NCBI GenBank assembly: GCA_051874695.1 | Contig: JBJEGC010000027.1 | Location: 18,582-82,581 of the forward strand | Direction: 5' to 3' | Source: Candidatus Bruticola sp. | Lineage (GTDB): Bacteria; Vulcanimicrobiota; Xenobia; Xenobiales; Xenobiaceae | Length of the DNA: 64,000 bases | In this document: positions 18,179 to 26,764 of the stretch, piece by piece | Layout: every line of letters starts with the position of its first letter | Position numbering within the stretch: the first letter of the stretch is position 1 | The notes under the pieces: model-generated | What the model saw: only the letters and a program-made list of their open reading frames with translations | What the model was told of the DNA's origin: nothing | Database searches by the model: none | Made by a program: the position numbers and the translations under genes

Positions 18179-20155
18179 GTGAGCTTTAAAAATTTAGTCA
18201 AGACTTTGGGACGTGTTCTCAAGTATCTGCTGCCTTATTGGAAAATTGTTGTTATAGCACTGTTGTTTAATCTGTTTGCCACCGGAACCCGTCTCTGTCA
18301 GGCTAAATTTGTGGGCTGGATTATGGAGTTAATGTCCAAAGGCAGTCCTGCTATTGCTGAACTTTTGGAAAAAGATGAAAGGGAAGACAGCCTAAAACTG
18401 CGTCAGGCCGGCATTACTCCTTACGGAGAGAAGGCAGCTTCTCAGGCTGCGGTTGCTGGCGGCGGTTCTGCTGTTCTTAGCAATAGAAACGGAGCGGCGG
18501 ACTCTGCTGATAGTGTCTCCCATTCCGGACCGCTGAGCGCTCAGGAAGAAGCTTTCAATAAGTTTTTTAGTTACAACGACGGGCGCAATCCTTTCATGAC
18601 TCTCAACTATGTTTGTTTGCTGTTTTTAATAGTAATGGCTGTTATGGGGGTGTGTACTTATTTTCAAAAGTATCTTACCGATCAGTGCGGTCAATTGGCC
18701 ATACGCGATTTCCGCAGCAACGTTTTTTGCGCTTTGCAGCGTTTGCCAATTAAATTCTTCGATAAAATGCGATCCGGTGAGGTGTTGTCCCGATCTACAA
18801 CAGACGTCATCACCGCTTCCGGTGTTTTTAGTCTGCTTTCCGAATTTACCAAAAATTTTCTGATGGTAGCTGGCTGCTTTATATGGATGTTCTGGCGCGA
18901 TTGGCAGATGACTATAGTTGTATTGGTTATCAGTCCTCTGGTAGCCATCGCTATCAGCAACTTCGGAGCCAAAATAGGTCAAAAAACTAGTCGGCTGCAG
19001 GCCCGTTTGGCTGATTTGTCGGCTCTTCAGTTTGAAAATGTGTCGGCTATAAAAGTTGTAAAAGCCAACAGTCGGGAAAATTACGAATACAAGCGCTTTA
19101 TTGAGCGCAATGAAGATAATTATGCTGCCCAAATGAAAGTTGTTCAAGTGCAGTCCATGCAGTCACCTGTAGTAGAATTTTTGGGCATAATCGGTATCAT
19201 CATTATTGTTTGGTTCGGAGCTACCCGCATTCTTCAAGGTCAAGTCAGTTTTGCGCAAATGACTGAATATTGGGCCTTAATGGCTATGACCAGTCACCCG
19301 CTGTCGGTTCTTTCCACTTTTTACGGCAGCTGTCAAAATTCGGCGGCGGCGGCGGTACGTGCTTTTGAAATTATCGATTCTGTGCCGGAAACTTCCGATG
19401 TTGGGGCCGAAACTCTGCCCGAAATTAAGGGTGAAGTGGAATTTAAAAATGTCTCCTTTGCCTATGAGCAAGATAAACCAGTTTTAGATAAGGTTAATTT
19501 GAAAATAAAAGCCGGTGAATTTGTGGCTATTGTCGGCACTAATGGTTCCGGAAAGTCTACTTTAGTAAATATGTTGGAGCGTTTTTATGCCCCCGATTCC
19601 GGACAAATTACTATTGACGGCCACGATATTTCTAAAGTCACTCTGGAATCTCTGCGTTCTCAGATAGGCATTGTTTTTCAAGAATCCATTCTTTTCCGCG
19701 ATACCATCTATGAAAATGTTCGTTACGGAAATTTGGAGGCTGATGAAGCTGAAATTAAAAAGGCTATTACTATGTCGGGAGCCGATGAGTTTATCGTTAG
19801 GTTCCCCGAAGGCTTAAATACCAATGTGGGCGAGCGCGGATCGGCTCTTTCCGGAGGACAGCGTCAGCGCTTGGCTGTAGCTAGAGCTTTAGTTCATAAT
19901 CCGCGTATTCTCATCCTCGATGAATATACTTCTGGACTGGATGCTAATGCCGAAAGTAGTCTCACCGAAGTTATCGATACTTCTATGAAAGGGCGCACTT
20001 GTTTGGTAATTGCGCATCGTTTGGCCACTATCAGACACGCTGACCGCATTGTAGTTATGGATTCTGGTAGAGTTGCCGAGGAAGGATCGCATAGTGAACT
20101 TATGGCCAAAAACGGATTGTACCGTCGAATTTTTGAAACTCAATCGATAGTGTAA
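18179..20155 (+). CDS. ABC exporter, fused permease/ATPase (MsbA-like)
   Basis: ABC TM domain, GTNGSGKST, LSGGQRQR, ILILDE and IAHRL motifs. Confidence 0.92.
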   Translation: MSFKNLVKTLGRVLKYLLPYWKIVVIALLFNLFATGTRLCQAKFVGWIMELMSKGSPAIAELLEKDEREDSLKLRQAGITPYGEKAASQAAVAGGGSAVLSNRNGAADSADSVSHSGPLSAQEEAFNKFFSYNDGRNPFMTLNYVCLLFLIVMAVMGVCTYFQKYLTDQCGQLAIRDFRSNVFCALQRLPIKFFDKMRSGEVLSRSTTDVITASGVFSLLSEFTKNFLMVAGCFIWMFWRDWQMTIVVLVISPLVAIAISNFGAKIGQKTSRLQARLADLSALQFENVSAIKVVKANSRENYEYKRFIERNEDNYAAQMKVVQVQSMQSPVVEFLGIIGIIIIVWFGATRILQGQVSFAQMTEYWALMAMTSHPLSVLSTFYGSCQNSAAAAVRAFEIIDSVPETSDVGAETLPEIKGEVEFKNVSFAYEQDKPVLDKVNLKIKAGEFVAIVGTNGSGKSTLVNMLERFYAPDSGQITIDGHDISKVTLESLRSQIGIVFQESILFRDTIYENVRYGNLEADEAEIKKAITMSGADEFIVRFPEGLNTNVGERGSALSGGQRQRLAVARALVHNPRILILDEYTSGLDANAESSLTEVIDTSMKGRTCLVIAHRLATIRHADRIVVMDSGRVAEEGSHSELMAKNGLYRRIFETQSIV

Positions 20156-20167
20156 ATTGATAAAAAC

Positions 20168-20246
20168 AAAAAACAGCCGGGTTGGAAAATCTTTTCTGCC
20201 AATTGCACTAATTGGGGAATAAAAATTCGCTAACCCGGCTTTTTTT
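20168..20246. terminator. Bidirectional terminator-like long hairpin
   Basis: AAAAAACAGCCGGGTTGG...CTAACCCGGCTTTTTTT between convergent genes. Confidence 0.65.
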
Positions 20247-20358
20247 ACGGTCTGAAAACTTAACTGCAGAACAGAAAATTAACGTTTTCAGTTTTAGTCC
20301 CGTTCCGATCTTTTTGTAGATGATCCGAAAAAGAACGCTGCGAGAAAGTCAATTTAAG

Positions 20359-21393
20359 TTAGGGACTGCAGTTTTTGCAGGGAGAGTACCCTTGACGGAT
20401 CAGGCTGCTGCGCGATCCAGTGTACTCTTCTCGATTCGAGCGGCTAATTTTTTGGGCATAGCCGCAGGAGGGAAGATGAAATTTTTTGCTGCGGTTATTG
20501 AGAACATAAATATTAATGGCCATATTTTTGGAAGACTGAGCAGATTGCCCTTTCGGCTTGTTGTAGGCAGCCTTAGATGAACTGTGTTGCCCCGAGCTTT
20601 TTTTATTGTAAGCTGTGGCATTGCCGCCGTAAGAACTGGCTCCGGTCTTATAATCGATACTGATCTGGGGCTGTACGTTGTAGCAGAAAATGTTAAAAAG
20701 AATGCCTCGGCCGTTATCTTCAACAGACATGGCTTCCATGAGTACCCCATGAGCCACTAAATTGTTTCCTTTAAATACGGGAGTTACCCGATAAAGTACG
20801 TGATTGCCAGTTTCTTTTATGTAGTCGGCTACCATATTTTCGAAAGGCAACATGCCCTGAACATTGAGGTATCTAGTGCCGGTAATCAGATTGCGTTCAT
20901 TGGCATTTTCGGCTGTTAGCTGATAACCGATTAAGTGGCAGCGGTTGTACAGGTATTTACCCTCTACGCAGTCGTATTTAGCCAGATGCCAGCCGCTGGG
21001 CTTAACTTGTCCTATTTTTCCTCTTTTAGCTGTAGGCATGAGATCGCGTCCTATATTAGCAACAGCTGTGCCGCAGCGTCCCAAACTGTCTAAAGGACTG
21101 TATTTTTCATAAGAGCGGGAAGTGCGGTCGGCTTTGGTAAAATAAGGAACGTTTTTATTGATAACTGCATAGGGAGTGCCCGAGTAGGCGGGCACCTTAT
21201 CAAGAGAGAACCTACCTACGGCAGAGCCGGAAGCTTTTTGTGAGGAAGCAGCTAAAAGCCGCTCTACGGAGTCTACCGCTTCGGCTGGGCCGATGCTTAA
21301 ACTGATAAAGCTGAGAACAGCTATCAATCCTAGCAGCCATAGCCTAATAAGATTGTTTTTGCCCTTTGTAGCAGCAAGTTTGTGTCTGTACAT
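20359..21393 (-). CDS. Secreted DNA/RNA non-specific endonuclease (EndA/streptodornase-like) with C-terminal Ada-type metal-binding domain
   Basis: Signal peptide, LDSLGRC, YNRCHLIG and NLITGTRYLN motifs, C-terminal KKFHLPSC...GYSPCKNC. Probable start ATG 21393. Confidence 0.9.
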   Translation of the reverse strand: MYRHKLAATKGKNNLIRLWLLGLIAVLSFISLSIGPAEAVDSVERLLAASSQKASGSAVGRFSLDKVPAYSGTPYAVINKNVPYFTKADRTSRSYEKYSPLDSLGRCGTAVANIGRDLMPTAKRGKIGQVKPSGWHLAKYDCVEGKYLYNRCHLIGYQLTAENANERNLITGTRYLNVQGMLPFENMVADYIKETGNHVLYRVTPVFKGNNLVAHGVLMEAMSVEDNGRGILFNIFCYNVQPQISIDYKTGASSYGGNATAYNKKSSGQHSSSKAAYNKPKGQSAQSSKNMAINIYVLNNRSKKFHLPSCGYAQKISRSNREEYTGSRSSLIRQGYSPCKNCSP

Positions 21394-21398
21394 ATTGT

Positions 21399-21818
21399 TT
21401 AACCTTTGCGTACAAAAATTTCTTCGGTAATTTTCTCGTGAGAAGAACCTGCAAAGTCGGCAGAGCTTATTTTTTGCCATCCTTGGAGCAGATTTAAGTC
21501 AAAGTAAAAATCGGCAGGATACGTTCTGTTCCATCTGTAGATAATTATCTGTTCTATCTTGTCTTCATAGGCGGCTGCCGAAATATTTTCGATAAAACAG
21601 TAATCTCCGGACGAAGCTTCACACAAAAAATTATCGCTTATAAACAGTTGTTCCGGATTTGCCTGCGAAGCAAATTGCTCCGCTGAATAAGCGTTTAAAA
21701 ACAGCTTTTTTCCGGATAGCTTAGAAATCAGCCGTTCACGCATTAGGCTATCCTGACTTTGACGCCGGTTATTGAACATTAAACCGTTTTGATTATCTAG
21801 GGCGGCGACAATAATCAT
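21399..21818 (-). CDS. Small DHFR-fold-like protein (often mis-annotated as 'ribonuclease Z')
   Basis: MIIVAALDNQNGLMFNNRRQSQD, YRWNRTYPADFYF and FAGSSHEKIT resemble a Firmicutes family. Confidence 0.7.
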   Translation of the reverse strand: MIIVAALDNQNGLMFNNRRQSQDSLMRERLISKLSGKKLFLNAYSAEQFASQANPEQLFISDNFLCEASSGDYCFIENISAAAYEDKIEQIIIYRWNRTYPADFYFDLNLLQGWQKISSADFAGSSHEKITEEIFVRKG

Positions 21819-22110
21819 TGTGTTTGATTGTCCTTTCCTAAAATTAAGCTGACTAAAGGAGTATATTTGCTCTAGCTTGTTGGGCTGCCGGTCAGCTGCG
21901 CAATAATTTTCCCTTTAACTAAGAAATATTGCAAGAGTGAGGGAAAATATTTTGACTCATAGTGATAAAAAAAATTGGTTTGTTCGCTTATTTCGTCAGT
22001 TGTTGCTCTAAAAATACATCTTTACTTTTGCCTCTGTCGTCTTGAAGTAATGTTTACAAGCAGGTTCGGCTGCCTTTTCTGTAGTGCTGCCGTACTGCAG
22101 GGGGGGTACA

Positions 22111-23667
22111 ATGTTTGCCAATATTTTTACAGCCGCTTTAATTGGCGTCAATTCTCATTTAGTTTCTTGTGAAGTCGATATTTCCAGAGGTTTGCCTAGG
22201 TGTATAGTTGTGGGCTTACCCGATGCCTCCGTCAGCGAAGCCAGCGAGCGTATCTGGGCCGCTTTCAGCAATTCAGGTTACGAACCGCCTGCAGGGAGGG
22301 TGCGCATTAACTTAGCTCCGGCAGAGCTGCGCAAAGAAGGGGCGCGCTTCGATTTGTCCATGGCTCTGGCCGTTTTGGCCGCTGACGAAAATTGTTCTGC
22401 CGTCACGCCCGACATGGTGCACCGTTGGCTGGTTCTGGGTGAATTAGCTATGAACGGTCGGGTCCGCGGCGTGCGCGGTGTACTAATGTCCGTTTTAATG
22501 GCCAAACGTTTAGGATTTGTCAACGTTCTAGTTCCTCAGGAAAATTTGACAGAAGCTTCTTTAGTTGAAGGCATAAACTGCCAGGGAGTAATGAGCTTGG
22601 CGCACGCCGCCGCCCTGGTCGGTGGTCAAACTAAAGAAGCCGCCGCTATCAGTCGTAAACTGAAAACAGAATTTTCCCATTCTGTCGGAGGCCCTTCTGA
22701 AGTAAGCAGCGGTTCCATAGAAGAAAACGATCTCCAATATGTTTGTGGCCAAGCAGTGGCTAAACGCGGCCTGGAAATATGTGCCGCCGGAGGACATCAC
22801 ATTCTCATGTTAGGGCCTCCCGGATCGGGTAAAACTATGCTGGCCCGCTGCCTGTCTTCAATTTTGCCTCGCCTCAGTCGGGAAGAGGCCATCGAAGTAG
22901 CAGCTATTCACAGTATTTCTCAGTGTTTTGGCCCTCACATGCTTCAGCAAATTCCCTTTCGCGCTCCTTCATCAAACATTTCTGCTGCCGGTCTGTTAGG
23001 CAGTATTCAGCCCGGAGAGGTAACTTTATCTCACAAAGGCATTCTTTTTATGGATGAATTTACCGAATTTAGACGCGATTGTCTGGAAGCTTTGCGCCGC
23101 CCCCTAGAATCGGGCCGAATTGAGATTGCTCGAGCCAAGGTACATACTCAGTATCCTTGCCGTTTTACTCTGGTGGCGGCTATGAATCCTTGTCCTTGCG
23201 GTTACTGGGGCGATCGCGAAAAGAACTGTGTCTGTCAGCCCTCCAAGCGGTTGCGCTATTTGTCGCGTCTCTCCGGGCCTCTTCTCGATCGCATCGATCT
23301 ACAAATTCAGGTGTCGCGCGCTTCAGCCGATGAACTGCTGGAAACTTCTCTAAGTGAAAACTCAGCTCAGGTGCGAACCAGAATTGAAAGGGCCCTGGAA
23401 GTGCAGCGTCGGCGCGGCTGTCGCAGTGCCTTCATGAACGCTGCCCAAACTCGCCGTTTTTGCCATCTCGACAAAGAAAGCCAAAAATTTTTGGCTGAAG
23501 AAGTAAAAAAGCGCCATCTTTCCGGCAGGGTTAAAGATCGCCTCTGCCGCACTGCCCGAACTATAGCCGATCTGGATGGACGAGATAATATCGTTTTAAG
23601 CGATTTATGTGAGGCTATGGAGTACAGAGCTTTCGATCGCTTCGTGTCGTCTCTAAATCCGGGTTAA
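22111..23667 (+). CDS. comM: YifB/ComM Mg-chelatase-like AAA+ ATPase
   Basis: VGLPD, INLAPAELRKEG, GPPGSGKTMLA, PGEVTLSHKGILFMDE, AMNPCPCG and SGPLLDRID motifs. Confidence 0.93.
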   Translation: MFANIFTAALIGVNSHLVSCEVDISRGLPRCIVVGLPDASVSEASERIWAAFSNSGYEPPAGRVRINLAPAELRKEGARFDLSMALAVLAADENCSAVTPDMVHRWLVLGELAMNGRVRGVRGVLMSVLMAKRLGFVNVLVPQENLTEASLVEGINCQGVMSLAHAAALVGGQTKEAAAISRKLKTEFSHSVGGPSEVSSGSIEENDLQYVCGQAVAKRGLEICAAGGHHILMLGPPGSGKTMLARCLSSILPRLSREEAIEVAAIHSISQCFGPHMLQQIPFRAPSSNISAAGLLGSIQPGEVTLSHKGILFMDEFTEFRRDCLEALRRPLESGRIEIARAKVHTQYPCRFTLVAAMNPCPCGYWGDREKNCVCQPSKRLRYLSRLSGPLLDRIDLQIQVSRASADELLETSLSENSAQVRTRIERALEVQRRRGCRSAFMNAAQTRRFCHLDKESQKFLAEEVKKRHLSGRVKDRLCRTARTIADLDGRDNIVLSDLCEAMEYRAFDRFVSSLNPG

Positions 23668-23732
23668 ATATAAATTTGACAGTGTCCGGCCCTATTTTAG
23701 TAATTAGAAGAAAGTATGAGCTGCTTGCCGAT

Positions 23733-24119
23733 ATGATGAAATTTCTGAACGGTGTGTTGGGTAACGCTTCCGAAGTAAGTGCTGAGGAAATTTTCCGCCA
23801 GTATGCCGAAATTTTTATTCCCGGTGAAACTATCGATCGCGCTTATAAGCAAATCCGCGATCTGATTATTTTTACCAATAAGCGTTTTATTTTTATCAAT
23901 ATTCAAGGGCTATCAGGAAAAAAAGTTTCTTTTTACAGTATTCCTTATAAGAATATCAGTCATTTTTGTACCGAAACTGCCGGTACTATCGACCTCGATT
24001 CAGAATTAAGAATTTGGGTGGTAGGATCGAGCATGCCGGTAGTCGATTTAAAGTTCAGCAAAGATTTGAATATTAACGATATTCAAGTTTTACTGTCTAG
24101 CTACATATTGAAATATTGA
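23733..24119 (+). CDS. Bacterial PH-domain protein (bPH_1/YvbH-like)
   Basis: RDLIIFTNKRFI, QGLSGKK, SIPYK and ETAGTIDLDSEL motifs. Confidence 0.88.
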   Translation: MMKFLNGVLGNASEVSAEEIFRQYAEIFIPGETIDRAYKQIRDLIIFTNKRFIFINIQGLSGKKVSFYSIPYKNISHFCTETAGTIDLDSELRIWVVGSSMPVVDLKFSKDLNINDIQVLLSSYILKY

Positions 24120-24138
24120 TAAAAACAGGCTGATTTAT

Positions 24139-24493
24139 TTTAACCCGCCAGAAGACTCCTTCCTCTTAGGTAGGTGATGAATGGCGGGTAGCCGAGTGGG
24201 CTCGAATCCGGGATAGCCATATACGGGGGCTTTCAGCGGGAAACGTGTCTATCGTGGACTGTACCAGTTTGCTGATGGCAGGATGGCTAACGCTGACGTA
24301 AACGGTGCCGCCAACATACTCAGAAAAAGTAAGCAGAACTTCGATTTCGAGGAACTGTGTAAAGGGCTTTTGGGCAGCCCCTTGAGAATAAGGGTATCCT
24401 GACAGCTGACTCCTTCAGGATATGTTGTCAGGCGTTAGTCCGTGTATCAAACTTCTCAAGAATATCCCGCTTCTGTAAGCGGGAGAGGTTCAA
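24139..24493 (+). mobile_element. Internally deleted, non-autonomous IS200/IS605-family element
   Basis: Preceded by TTTAT. Left-end structure CCCGCCAGAAGACTCCTTCCTCTTAGGTAGGTGATGAATGGCGGG, then a tnpB 3' fragment, then right-end hairpin CCCGCTTCTGTAAGCGGG ending in GGTTCAA. Confidence 0.85.
24217..24402 (+). pseudogene. tnpB: tnpB C-terminal remnant (61 codons, no start codon)
   Basis: Manual translation PYTGAFSGKRVYRGLYQFADGRMANADVNGAANILRKSKQNFDFEELCKGLLGSPLRIRVS* contains the RuvC-III NADVNGAANI motif. Confidence 0.9.
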
Positions 24494-24513
24494 CAACACA
24501 TGGTAACTCAAGC
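24340..24513 (+). ncRNA. Putative TnpB omegaRNA (reRNA) scaffold plus flanking guide
   Basis: Covers the tnpB 3' end to the right end, with hairpins CCTGACAGC...GTTGTCAGG and CCCGCTT/AAGCGGG. The 5' boundary is a guess. The guide would be the flank after TTCAA (CAACACATGGTAACTCAAGC). Confidence 0.5.
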
Positions 24514-24645
24514 TTGCTGGTAGTGTTTTCTTTGGCTTAAGTGCTTAGGTTATACTACCATCAGGCTGTTTGTGCTAAAATGCGGCAAGTTAAAGCGGAA
24601 AAGCCGTTTTTAGTTTCAGCTTTGCAAAAGAAGTGGGTTTTTTTT

Positions 24646-25827
24646 ATGATCTATCTAGATAACGCAGCTACGACTGCGGTATTACCTGAAGTTGTTGAGG
24701 CCATGCTGCCGTTTTTTACTAAGTTTTACGGCAATCCTTCCAATATTTATGGTCTATCCTTGGCTTCACGGCGAGCCCTAGATGCCGCTCGAGCTTCTAT
24801 GGCTAAATCTCTTGGAGCTAAACTTCCTGCAGAAATTTTCTTTACTGGTTGCGGTACCGAGTCAGACAATTTGGCTGTTATCGGTTTAGCCAGAGCCAGA
24901 CGAGAATTAGGAAACCACATTATTACTACCACTGTAGAGCATCATGCCGTACTGCACGCTTGTGAACAATTAAAAAAAGAAGGCTTTGAAATAACTAAAA
25001 TTTCGGTCGATTCTAACGGATTGCTCGATGTCGATAAGGTAGCGGCTGCTTTAACAGATAAAACCATTTTGGTATCGGTAATGATGGCCAATAACGAAGT
25101 CGGCACTATTCAGCCTATAGCTGAGCTAGGTCGTCTTTTAGCTAATCATCAGGCTTATTTGCACACCGATGCCGTACAGGCCGCCGGTTATATTCCTATC
25201 AATGTCGATGAACTGGGAGTCGACGCCCTCAGCGTATCAGCTCATAAATTCCACGGCCCTAAAGGTGTGGGAGCTCTCTACTTGCGCACCGGAGTTAGAC
25301 CTCTGAGCGTAAATTACGGTGGCGGCCAGGAGCGGGGACTACGTTCGGGAACCGAAAATGTTCCGGGTATTATCGGTATGGCCAAAGCCCTAGAAATGGC
25401 CTGTTCCGATCAGGAAAAGCGGGCTGAAAGTTTGCGCGCCAAACGCGATTATTTGATAGAAAAAATTCTCTCTTCCGTGCGCGGGGCCGAATTGACTGGT
25501 CACCCCGCACTGCGTTTACCCGGCAATGCCAGTTTCGTTTTTCCCGGAGTGGAGGGTGAGTCTTTAATTATGCAGCTCGATCGCAAAGGTGTGTGTGCCT
25601 CTTCCGGTTCCGCCTGCGCTTCTTCAGCCTTGGGAATTTCGCACGTTTTGGAAGCTATGGGCTACCACGCTCCTTTGGGCAGGGGCAGTTTGCGTCTGAC
25701 TCTTAACGATGCCATTACCTACGCTGAGCTCGATGAAGCGGCCGATATTATTATTAAAGCTGCTTTGAAACTGCAGGCTATGGCCCCTAAGTCTTGTTTT
25801 ACCAAAACGCATTCCTGTAGCCGTTAG
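24646..25827 (+). CDS. iscS: Cysteine desulfurase (IscS/NifS group I)
   Basis: IYLDNAATT, YGNPS, HTDAVQ, SAHKFHGPKG, RSGTENV and SSGSACAS motifs. Confidence 0.95.
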   Translation: MIYLDNAATTAVLPEVVEAMLPFFTKFYGNPSNIYGLSLASRRALDAARASMAKSLGAKLPAEIFFTGCGTESDNLAVIGLARARRELGNHIITTTVEHHAVLHACEQLKKEGFEITKISVDSNGLLDVDKVAAALTDKTILVSVMMANNEVGTIQPIAELGRLLANHQAYLHTDAVQAAGYIPINVDELGVDALSVSAHKFHGPKGVGALYLRTGVRPLSVNYGGGQERGLRSGTENVPGIIGMAKALEMACSDQEKRAESLRAKRDYLIEKILSSVRGAELTGHPALRLPGNASFVFPGVEGESLIMQLDRKGVCASSGSACASSALGISHVLEAMGYHAPLGRGSLRLTLNDAITYAELDEAADIIIKAALKLQAMAPKSCFTKTHSCSR

Positions 25828-25832
25828 AAAAT

Positions 25833-26213
25833 ATGGAATATTCAGCTAAAACTTTGCAGCACGCCGAGAGACCTGCCCATGTAGGCGAACTGAATGGGGC
25901 TCACGGACATGCGCAGGCGGAAAACCCTGTTTGTGGCGATACTGTGGAATTTTGGATTAATCTCGACGCCGAGAGAAAAATTGTGCAGCGAGCAGTTTTT
26001 AAGTCGTTTGGTTGTTTGGCAGCTACCGCCGCTTCCGATGCTCTGTGTGCTTTGGCTGAAGGGTTGCCCGTATCGGCCGCCGCTACTCTAGAGGAAAAAG
26101 ATATTCTGGAGGTGTTGGACGGTTTGCCTAGAGCGAAACAGCACGGAGCCGCTTTGGCTTGTGAGGCTTTTCAAGAAGCTTTAGCTCAGGCATTGCACGT
26201 TCCGCTTGTCTAG
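25833..26213 (+). CDS. iscU: Fe-S scaffold IscU/NifU-N-like protein (third Cys replaced by Gly)
   Basis: NPVCGD, FKSFGC and LDGLPRAKQHG motifs; 5 nt downstream of iscS. Confidence 0.85.
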   Translation: MEYSAKTLQHAERPAHVGELNGAHGHAQAENPVCGDTVEFWINLDAERKIVQRAVFKSFGCLAATAASDALCALAEGLPVSAAATLEEKDILEVLDGLPRAKQHGAALACEAFQEALAQALHVPLV

Positions 26214-26398
26214 CCGCATTGTCTTTGGCAGGTAGTTCACGGTGTGTCAATTGTACAGAAAGTAAACGGTTGGAACTTTTTGAAGGTGAAATAGAGTCCA
26301 GGATGAACTTGAGACCGATTTTTGCTAACAAAGAGGGTTGAACTCTTTTGCATTATTCTTTTTACAATCGAGAGGGCAGCAACGGTCGCCGAAGAGAG

Positions 26399-26665
26399 AT
26401 GGTTCGTCAGCGGGCCGTGGAGCCTGCCCGCCGTTATTGTTACATAACTGAACGGGAAGTTACTGTTTGCATAGATTACCCTCAATACGTGAGCTTCAGG
26501 TGTAAAGGACCTGAAGGTGAGATCTACTGCGAACATATTGTTGAGTGTTACCGCAAAGGTGTAAAGTGCCGTCACAGTGGTATCTCTCAGCTATATCCCG
26601 ATCCTTTTCTGCCTGAGTCTAGTTCCGGTCGCTCTGAAAAGGAACTGATCTCGGAAACTATATGA
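26399..26665 (+). CDS. Small Cys-rich hypothetical protein
   Basis: ORF with six Cys, purine-rich upstream of ATG 26399, followed by a hairpin. Confidence 0.55.
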   Translation: MVRQRAVEPARRYCYITEREVTVCIDYPQYVSFRCKGPEGEIYCEHIVECYRKGVKCRHSGISQLYPDPFLPESSSGRSEKELISETI

Positions 26666-26687
26666 ACATATAGGCCCAGAACAGACG

Positions 26688-26716
26688 GAGGCCGCTTCTT
26701 CAAAGGAAGCGGCCTC
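26688..26716. terminator. Hairpin between convergent genes
   Basis: GAGGCCGCTTC-TTCAAAG-GAAGCGGCCTC, a perfect 11-bp stem with a weak U tract. Confidence 0.6.
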
Positions 26717-26764
26717 TATAGTTTGTCTATACTGGGGCTGTCATTTCCAAACTAAGATCGTACT

